From: Mayamaea pseudoterrestris
Taxonomy: Eukaryota
Length of the DNA stretch: 64,000 nt
Direction of reading: 5' to 3'
Assembly (NCBI GenBank): GCA_027923505.1
Contig: BROI01000009.1
Coordinates: 496,001-560,000, forward strand
Shown: piece after piece, positions 10,396 through 19,360 of the stretch
Position numbering within the stretch: position 1 is the first letter of the stretch
How the letters are laid out: each line of letters opens with the position of its first letter
Notes under the pieces: generated by a model
Databases searched by the model: none
What the model was told of the DNA's origin: nothing
Seen by the model: the letters and a program-made list of their open reading frames with translations, nothing else
Made by a program: the position numbers and the translations under genes

Positions 10396-11277
10396 CGCCA
10401 AGTCTCCGCCCATCTGCTGGACCTTGCCTTCCAAGACACCCTGACGTGCTCCATGCGCCTCCAAGTCTCCGCCCATCTGCTGGACCTTGCCTTCCAAGAC
10501 ATCCTGACGTGCTTCCGTGGCATCATGACGTGCTCCATGCGCCACCAAGTCTCCGCCCATCTGCTGGACCTTGCCTTCCAAGACATCCTGACGTGCTTCC
10601 GTGGCATCATGACGTGCTCCATGCGCCGCCAAGTCTCCGCCCATCTGCTGGACTTTGAGTTCCGTGCCATATTGACGAAATCCATGCGCCCCCAAGTCTT
10701 TGCGAAGCTCCTGGACGTTGGCTTCCGTGGCTCCCAGGCGTACGTCATGAGCCTTTAAAGTGTCTTTGTTTTGTTCGATACGAAAATGAATGAGCTCATT
10801 CACGTTCGCCTGAATCTTGTTGGATTTGTTGAGCTGCTTCAAGTGTCCATCGTGCATATCGATGCGGTTCTCAGTAGCGTCATGGCGACCTTCAAGACTG
10901 GTCAAGCGCCCATCATGCTGCTGCAAAGTCGCGTCATTGGCGTTGGGTCGAGCGGCTTGCGCCGCCAACTCCGCAACATGCTCCTTGATCAAATTATCCA
11001 TACAATCCTTGAAAGGAAGATCGTTTCGTGCCAACCAATTGATCTTTTCCTGCGTAATTGGCTCGAGTGCCAGTGGAATCAGTTTCTGCAGGTCCAGCTT
11101 GGCAAAGGAAGGATAACAGGCGTATAAATGCTTGCCAATCGAGGCGACATCACTGCCTTTTGCTCCAGCTAGAATATCATTGATCTTGCTCATGAATGAC
11201 TTGTCGAGATGGTGGAGTTCCTCCATGGCTGCATTGAAAGCAATCTTGGCTGTATTGATAGCAGAAAGTGACGGCGC
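9070..11277. repeat. Long inverted repeat (fold-back): left arm 9070-10155, loop 10156-10164, right arm 10165-11277
   Basis: The arms are reverse complements, e.g. CTTGATCGATACTTG-tccctcgat-CAAGTATCGATCAAG at the centre. I counted about 15 substitutions plus one 27-bp indel (10324-10350, present only in the right arm). Confidence 0.98.
9694..9996. repeat. Coding heptad tandem repeats with 84, 84, 63 and 63-bp units (mirrored at ~10350-10655)
   Basis: GTCCAGCA anchor at 9694, 9778, 9862, 9925 and 9988. Unit VQQMGGDLxAHGAR(HDATEAR)QDVLEGK; all unit lengths are multiples of 21 bp. Confidence 0.95.
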
Positions 11278-12412
11278 ATGCGACTTTTCAACCTTCTCCA
11301 GCTTGAGCTGCGCCTGGCGCAAGCTCTTGGTCTTCAAAGTGATTTCCTTGGTGTGTACAACAAAGGCGGATCCTTGATAAAGGTCTAACATGCTTGGACT
11401 TGTTCGCTGTTTGCAGAATGCTTCGACGTGATTCTTGCTGTACCCCTGTAGGCCTGTCAAGCTCTTGGAAAGACGATCAACAGCGTTAAAACGATCCCAT
11501 TCTGCAATTGCAAGCATTCCTCCGAATGAAGCTGGAATGATTGGCTCACGAAGATATTTGAGGCCGCACGGCGAATCGACGGAGATGCCATCGGCGTAGT
11601 CCATGAGTGCTAGCTTGACCTCTTTCTCTCCTACCTTGATGCAATCGTTGGGACAAGCCTTGAGCGACTCCATGATCTTGAAAACGTCTTCAAGTGTGAA
11701 AGCGAAAACATTCTTGGGGAGCTTCATATTCTTGCCGTCGGCAGCCGCCTTGTTGATGTCGTCAACCGAAACGCCCATTTGGAGGCAGACGACTCGGGCC
11801 ATCGCTTCGAAAGCCATGATCTTGTGTTTCATGGCATCCAAGTCGCTCATATTGAAAGTCAAGGCGTCATCCTCGCCTATAATGGTCGAAAAGGAGTAGG
11901 CAAAAAGGTGTGAGTAGAGCAAGAGTCGAGAGGCATGGCAGGAGCGCTAGTTGGCAGCAGCAGCAGCAGCAGGCACGCCACGCTGCACGTTTGGTCTCAA
12001 CTGTAGACTTACCATGATCCGCCGCCGCCGCCGCATCGACTCCTCCCGATGACGTGAAAGCTCCAATCAAGTCGTTGCTTGCTCCATTGCTTGCTCCATC
12101 GCTGCTGCGCAGCGAGTCGCCGCCGTTGACAAGCTGGAGGGAGTCGCTCAACCCATCCCCATTCGTTCCATCACGCACGAGCACAAGGACGTCACCATCA
12201 AAGCCGTCACCCCAATCATCGTCGTTCATTCCAGAACGGCTGGCCGCAAGACTTGTAGCGCGCGCATTGCGCGCCGATCCGTTCGACTCGGCCGCAGGCG
12301 CATGGCTGCCGTCCTGCACGTTGCCGGTGCCGCTACCGACAAGACTGCTCGACACCGCTGTGCCATCCTGGCGCGGAGACCCCGCAGGGACATCCACTTT
12401 CTCTTTATTCAT
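9952..12412 (-). CDS. Orphan protein (low-complexity N-terminus, helical domain, long heptad coiled coil); 2 exons (12412-12013, 11876-9952); 3' end disrupted by its own inverted copy
   Basis: A GTAAGT...TACTCAC...ATAG intron (12012-11877) joins the 272-aa and 656-aa ORFs in frame (DH-G-EDDAL). The start codon is uncertain (upstream ATGs exist). Current product ~774 aa; reconstructed pre-insertion product ~753 aa. Confidence 0.72.
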
Positions 12413-12639
12413 TCGACTCGCCGCAGAAGGACTTCCAAACAAAGGTGTAGTAGTGCAATGGCTGTTCATGTCGAGAGTTGATCGCATGCTCCCAGCTAGA
12501 GCCGCTACGACATTAAGTTGCGTGTTAACTACCACGACCGGTACCGGTAGGTTTCGTTGACGAGAAAACTTCCCTGTAGAATAATGTCTGACGACAGTTA
12601 CAGTGGTACACACTTTATACATTAAACCATAGCAAGTTA

Positions 12640-13210
12640 CTGTAGCATGTACAATGAGCATACAATGGTCACTCATGTAAAGCAAAGCACATTCAAATTA
12701 CACCGGTAAGTCTGCCGCCTCATTCCCTAGCATGACCTCCCGGTAAGTATCACCGCTGGCGCCGTCGGACCCCAAACAAAATTACAAATGCATTGCGGTT
12801 ACAAGGAGTCATGGCAGGATGCTGTAGCACATATACTACATACAATGACCGTTTTCTGGGCCAAATCCAAGGTCTGCCACGCCGTTCCACGGCATGGCCT
12901 CAATATAAGCGCCCGCACTGACGGACTCCAACCAGATGGTTAACCATTGCATTGCGGATACCATGAGCCATGGCAGGGTTGTTGGAGCACACAGTCGCCG
13001 TTCTCTGGTGAAGTTAGGCGCCTTAAATCGAAGGTCTGCTGCGCCATTCCCTAGCATGGCCACAATATCAGCGCCGGCACTGCTCCAACCATGCATTGCG
13101 AATACCATGAGACTTGGCAGGAAGTTGCTGGGGCATACAATGGCCGTTCTCTGGAAAGTTAAGGCGCATCAAAATCCAAGGTCTGCCGCGCCGTTCCTTT
13201 GCATGGTTTC
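12640..13210. repeat. Degenerate ~150-160-bp tandem repeat, ~3.5 copies, upstream of the hairpin gene
   Basis: Anchor GTCTGC...TTCC..(A/G/T)GCATG at 12710, 12872, 13034 and 13181. Shared blocks TGCATTGCG, TGGCAGG, CATACAATG and CCGTTYTCTGG. Confidence 0.85.
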
Positions 13211-14559
13211 ATGACCTACTTATCATTTGCCAGCAAAGGCAGCACTCGATGTCATCAGAATGGCGGCGGAAGTGACAATCGGAGCGGTCCAAAAAGGAGC
13301 GTTGCCGCTTACACAAGGGGGAAGAGGAAGAGGTGCAGCAAATGCCACTGTTGATGCGGGATGCCCTGTTCCTGCTCCAGCATTGACCAAAGAAAATGCG
13401 AGCGCAATGAACCGAGCAAGAGTAGTAAACACCATGTCGGTTTTTTGTATCTGCAAGACTGTGAGGTAATGCAACAAAAGTATGGGTCAGTTGACCGTGC
13501 GGGCGAAGTGCAATACCTTCGGATTGTGAACCATTGGAACCTTGCGGAACGTTCATGCCCCTTTAAAGCGCGTGACAGCGTGTCATTCGACCTTCCTGTT
13601 GGAAATTCATGGCATCAGTCAAACGACAAGGTTTTGACACCATCTGCTCTGTAGTTGTCGCGTCACATCGCGATGTAGTAGTTGTCTCGTAAATGAGCAA
13701 CGAGCGCTGATGATGATGGTGCGAGGCAACCGGCGCTTCAATCGCGAAAATGTCGATGCTAGGGCTCAAGAGTTAAAAGAAATCTTACTTATGTAGCAGA
13801 CATTGACGCGCGCCACTTACATATTTACATGCAGTAAGAACACGTCTGGATCGACATTTGTATTCGATCCTCGGTGCGCTCAGTTACAATGCACGACAAG
13901 GCGTCGACTCGGTAGCTGAAATACCGACGTACGATTTATCGCGGCACTTGATTGTTTACGTTCTTTATCGGATTTGCGGTCGGGACTATCTTATGAACAG
14001 GCTGGATAATGGCATAGTACGGTATCTGGATGCTCCCGAACAGCAAGAACGTGCCGAATGCACGACAATTAAGCTAATGAGTTTTGTTCGTCGCGGCTTT
14101 CTTGACTAGGAAAAATTGACGATACGCTGAGCACACGCAATCTTGTTGGTAGCAGCATCGTCGATCGAAATGCTACAGATGACGTTCGCCGTAATCGCAA
14201 GTTTGCGCCTGTGTGCGATTATGGCGAAAGACTCGACAATGTTGCGGACCAGGGAGATGGTAGCCTGCAACAAGGCGGATCAGCGAGCCAGATTGTTAAC
14301 ATGAACAACGCGCGTATGGATGTGCACGGTAAATTGATCGACCTGTTATACATACGAAAGTAGATAATGACAATAATGATTATATATAGTATGCATAGTG
14401 GCTGTCGTCAATTTGCTGACAATGGCACATTGTGCAAGGAAAAGGAGCAGCACTGCTTGGTCTTGATTAGTTGAATGGTACGTGAAATTAAGTCAGTCGC
14501 AATGTTTATGTATATATTGGTTGTCAGACAGGCAATGGCACATTGCGCAAAGAAGAGGC

Positions 14560-15786
14560 CTAGGGAGCTCGGCGCTGCTTGTTCTTGATGAGTTGGATGA
14601 TTTGTGAAGCAAAGTTAGTCGCGTTGCCGGGATGACCAATGCGATTTTGAAGTTCTGTGAGATTCTTCTCAGTTACACCGAGGTCCTTCAAGCGCGCAGC
14701 AATCTGCTCGGCGTAGTCTTCCTTAGTAAGCTTCTTCACTTTGCCCGAGCTATCAAGCGCGCAAAGAATCTTGTGACGAGAATCATTCGTGAAAGCATTG
14801 CTCCGCATAAACTTGGTAAAGCTTGCACTGGCTTGAAGCTCGCTTACTCGTACATTGGCTTCATGATCGTCACGCTCGAGGAGACGTTCCAACATTTGTC
14901 CTTGCTTGACTTGGTTATCATTGGAACGTTTGAAAGCTTTCTTGAGGAATTCGACGACTTTCGTGAAACCATTCTCCAAAACCTGGCCCTGCTTGACTTG
15001 GTTATCATTGGAACGTTCGAAAGATTTCGTGACGAACTTTTGATGATTCTCATCGGCCTTGCGTTTCGCGTTGACGACATCGAGAGTCTGTTGGACGACG
15101 GCGAACCCTTTCTCCAAAACCTGTCCCTGCTTGACTTGGTTATCATTGGAACGTTCGAAAGCTTTCGTGACGAACTTTTGATGATTCTCATCGGCCTTGC
15201 GTTTCGCGTTGACGACTTTGAGAGTCTGTTGGCCGACGGCGAGACCTTCGGTGGTGGTGTCACGCACCTCCTTGTTGTTGTCCGTTAGATACGAAATCTC
15301 CGCCGCTGAACGTCGCTGCTGACGCTTCTCAAAGGCTTTCGTAATCTCCTCTCCCTTTGCAACAAAAATTTCAGGCCCATACTGGTTTAAAGCAGCCATA
15401 GGACTATACAATTCAAATTTGGCATCGACGAACGGAAAAAAAGCATTCACCCACGAACGTAGTTTAGGATCTTGTCGGATCGTACCATAACGAGCAGCCT
15501 CGAAAACAATGTCCGAAGTGGCATAGCTCTTTGCAAACTCGCCCGCTGCATGAGTCAATAACGCGAGAATGTTTGACTCTTTCGTGACAATTTTGTCAGT
15601 GCTAGCATTGCGCAAGCATTCCATGTTGCCGTAGTGCCCAACTTGATAATTCTCGTAGAAATACTTGCGACCGTCTTTGTCTTTAATACCGACGAATGTA
15701 GTTCCATTCTTTAAGCCATACATCAGGCTATCGTACGTACGGTCAAGGAGCGTGTAAAAATCGCGAGTTGGAGGTTGCTGGCTCAT
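14560..15786 (-). CDS. Orphan protein, 408 aa, with internal 46-aa (138-bp) tandem repeats forming a predicted coiled coil
   Basis: Uninterrupted ATG-initiated ORF. Unit G(L/F)AVxQQTLxVVNAKRKADENHQKFVTKxFERSNDNQVKQGQVLE occurs twice plus a partial third copy (~14890-15250). Confidence 0.72.
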   Translation of the reverse strand: MSQQPPTRDFYTLLDRTYDSLMYGLKNGTTFVGIKDKDGRKYFYENYQVGHYGNMECLRNASTDKIVTKESNILALLTHAAGEFAKSYATSDIVFEAARYGTIRQDPKLRSWVNAFFPFVDAKFELYSPMAALNQYGPEIFVAKGEEITKAFEKRQQRRSAAEISYLTDNNKEVRDTTTEGLAVGQQTLKVVNAKRKADENHQKFVTKAFERSNDNQVKQGQVLEKGFAVVQQTLDVVNAKRKADENHQKFVTKSFERSNDNQVKQGQVLENGFTKVVEFLKKAFKRSNDNQVKQGQMLERLLERDDHEANVRVSELQASASFTKFMRSNAFTNDSRHKILCALDSSGKVKKLTKEDYAEQIAARLKDLGVTEKNLTELQNRIGHPGNATNFASQIIQLIKNKQRRAP

Positions 15787-16297
15787 GGTCGAGGGAATCG
15801 GTGCAGACAGTTGTCAGGTATGTACTTTACAGTAACAATTAGTCAGTGTACGCCTTCGTCTGCTGCCTTGCAAAAAAAGTCAGAGGAAAGAAAGGAAAGC
15901 CAAAGGGGTGGAACTAAATCGTTCACGGCTAGATTGCGAGCGGAGGTTGCTGCTGCTGCTGCTGCTGCTTGCCTTGCTCTGAATGAAGAAAGCGCGAGAC
16001 GACGCAGCGAGCGTCCGCGCTCGGCCCGCGCTACGCCAAGGTTTTCATCCAATCAGATAGCTTAAAAATTTTACAAGCGGTACTGAAAGCATGTTGTCAC
16101 ATCGGTTTAAGATTGACAGTTGCGGCTTGCAGCAAGCAGAAATTCCAATCAAAACGCTGCTGCCGACTGCCACCAGTTTGTCGCTGCCTATCGCAACTGC
16201 ACAAGTCTATTCGACGCTCCTTAATAAAGTCACTGCGTCGACGGATTTATAACTTGTCGATATTCACCAAAAGAGATTTGTAGTCACCGATTTCAGC

Positions 16298-17055
16298 ATG
16301 TTTCCGAGCAGCAGCAAACACCCATCGGTTTTGGCGATGCATGACGCCAATACCTTGACAAATCGCCGTCTTGCCTCGACCAAAAAGCATCGAGATGTAT
16401 CAAACATTACCAAGACGCCGGCGACGAGTACTCGTCGCGCTTTGGGTGACATCTCGAATCGCGAAGTGACGTTTAAAGCAAGAATCAAGCCCACGACGAC
16501 TGTCGCCAAGCCACCTGCTACCACCAAGCGCTCGTCAACAGTGAAAGCGACAGCAACTCGCCCTCTCATTTTCAACCCGCCGGACGACAGCAATTATATC
16601 TACGACGCGATTGAAGTTTCCTCCGGCCGAACATGGGCGCAGCAGGAATTTCAGCATGTTGATTCTTTCGACTCGGTCACGTCGCTCGACAAGGAAGGTT
16701 CACCCATTCGCTGGGATTCGATTTTGCACGAAATGAATCGCATCCAAATTGCACAAATGGAGGAAGATGAAGCGTCAATGATGCGCGAAATGGATGCGCA
16801 TGTCAAGCAGGTTTTTGATGCGGATGGTACGTGATATTTGAACGTGTGAACGCGGCTAGTTTCAACGTAGCACTATCCGTATTCCGTATCCTACTCGCCA
16901 ACTCACCTTTTGCTCATTCCAAAGACAAGGAGGTGAATAATTTGAAGGCCAATTCGCCATTTACGAGCATGAAGTCGTTCTTTCCAGCGTATAGCGATGA
17001 TATTGATGACGACGAGGATGACTACGTTCCGATCGGGCTTGACATTTCATTTTAA
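16298..17055 (+). CDS. Small D-box protein, securin/PATRONUS-like candidate; 2 exons (16298-16826, 16925-17055), ~219 aa
   Basis: Canonical destruction box RRALGDISN; HDAN (DEN-box-like); basic N-half and acidic C-half. The GTACGT...ACTCAC...AAAG intron is in frame. Confidence 0.7.
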
Positions 17056-19360
17056 TTGTGAATCAGCGATGGCGCCACAATCTTCCGAGGTGACATGGTT
17101 GAGTCACAAAATCTTTAAACTCATACACTTGTAACTAGAATGTTTTGCGTTTTCAATTCAGCAGCCGGCACTAGAACAGAATAATACAAATCATTCATTC
17201 TCGTCGGACAGTCGTCAGACAGCAACACATCATCAAAACGCTCGGAAAAGTGTACGGTTTCAGTCTTTCATCGTCCGCTCCCATTACTGAAAGCTCGCCG
17301 TGAATGAGTCTGGCTAGAATAAATCTTTTGCATGAACTCAAGATGCTCCCGCTGCATCGCCAACAATGCTAGCTCACCGACGTCGTCGAAAGCATGCGCC
17401 GCTGCTTGCCGCGAGAATCTGAACAACATGAGAACCAGGTCCGATAGTCGTCGCCTTTGACAAAAAGTGAGCACATCTCCTCCAACAATCCATTGGAATG
17501 TTGCCGCTTGCGTCCGGTCGCGGCCTAGCTCGCGTTGAACCGTTGCGTTCGTCGCCGCCGTGAGCGAATAGGCCAAGCTTGCTCGATCCAGGCCAATACA
17601 CTTTCAGAAGTCATATCCACATGTCCAACCAACAGTCGATTGCATCTGTAGCCATTGACTTAGTACCATTGTGCCTGCTTAGTCTCGGACGGTCGGGGAG
17701 AAACTCCACTCGGGTCGACAGGTCCGCCAGGCGACCATGCAGCAAGAAGCGCACCTTTGTTCGCACCAGGATTTCAAAAATGACCTGGGTGGTCAAGGAA
17801 ATTGCAACAAAGTGTATTGGTAGCTTGTCAGAGGCTGTGATGATCCTTCGTATCGCAATTCGCATGTTTGAAGGGCCAGTGACAAATTAGGTTTTAGCAT
17901 TTAAACTCGAGCTTGTCGCGGCGATGCAAGCGAGATGAAATGTGGCTCGTCGATGATGATTGTAAGTGCCACTTATTCCCGGACACATTGTCCCAAGTAT
18001 AATTGGGTCAGTGGAAGGAGTAGTCGCCGAACGATGATGTGTAAACAAAGCGCCCGCAAGCTTGCTGCCGTCAACATCACGTCGGCAGCATGTTGCTTGG
18101 CCAGTTCAAGTGCGGCGAAATCGTTTCGAAATAGTGTAATGGTCGTTTGCGTCTCTGCTGTCGTTGGAAAAGATGTCGAAGGCAAAACCGCAGTAGGAAC
18201 TGGTGGAAGTGCATTTTCGGCAAAAAATACTGTTTGCGTTGTGAACCATTTGTCTGTCGATATTTTCCATTTCAAGCCTGCAAATTTGTTGGCACTATCC
18301 ATCATGATAATAACTTGTCGACAAGCACCAAAACGAGTGGGCTTGTAGGAAGAGATGGACTGATGAAGTCTCAGAGTGGCCGATGCAATCACGTATTCCC
18401 ATGCGATACAAAAAGCAACGAGCGCTCTCTGACACAAGGCTCGTTCCTCGGCGACAATATCCCAGAGGTTTTTTTGTTCGTTGCGATCATTTCGCGTCGT
18501 CGGAGCGCATTCATATATAGTAGTTATTGAACATTGAACATGCTGCTTGTGCGTGAGCAAGACGAGACGCGGGTTGTCAATCGATGACGCGGAGACTGAG
18601 TGCATGTGTGACTGCGATGTCACCTCCAAAGTCACAATCTAACTCATCTCTCTCGTGTTCATCATCATTATTTCCGCAGTCCTTCTGAGTGGACGACTTG
18701 GAGGTTCCTTGCCAATCGAACGATATATAGTAATCGCGAATCAGCGGCCGAACGGTCTGCGATGCGTCTGACGTCTGACATGTCTATAGTGCTTCCGAAT
18801 ATGGCAGAGGCCGAAAATTGCTGCGTGTTTGAACTGTATGCGATATCAATAGACATCGCCAAAGAATCGGACGGTTGCCGGTGGTCCTTGCGGGTGAGCG
18901 AACAAGTTGCTCACTGCCGCTGCGTCGTTGCGGCGCTCCGGAAAGTTTTTATGGCTCCTTAATAAGATGACGTCCTTGACAACGTTCATATTATACATTG
19001 AGTTACTAACTGCCAGCTTAAACATGTAAACGAAGCCTCGCCTTTGAATGATGCGGCCAAAATTCTTGAGTATCTGCATGATTTTTTTTTCGCATGGCCT
19101 CGGTACCGGTCCGACGAAATCACAGGAAGCGTCTACGAGTATGCCGTAGCACGGTATTCCACACCTAGGAGTACGTTTACGGTATGCGCGCACTTCGAGA
19201 AAGTCGAGATAAAGAGTAAATTTCAACTATAGTGTTCTATAAGTGCAGCCGCCCATGCTGATTGGTCATGGGTGTCAGGTGCCTCATGGTGCGCTGCCAT
19301 GAAAATGCGCCGAGCTCTCCAACACGGCCAGTTGCGCAAAAAGTTCGTGGTTTAAAATTT

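Noticed and set aside
9070..11277. Palindrome as a sequencing or assembly fold-back artefact
   Set aside because: The arms differ by ~15 mostly CpG-type substitutions and a 27-bp slippage-type indel. Both flanks are unique, and the gene's original 3' end resumes in frame beyond the left arm. Read-level confirmation is still needed.
9070..11277. Foldback transposon or MITE with long TIRs
   Set aside because: The arms are internal coding sequence of the host ORF, the 7-bp direct repeat flanks only the left arm rather than the whole inverted repeat, and no transposase is present.
17200..19300. Several 60-220-aa ORFs on both strands
   Set aside because: I found no consistent splice model, recognisable motif or convincing similarity to the neighbouring domain. 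Possibly decayed coding sequence, but unsupported.
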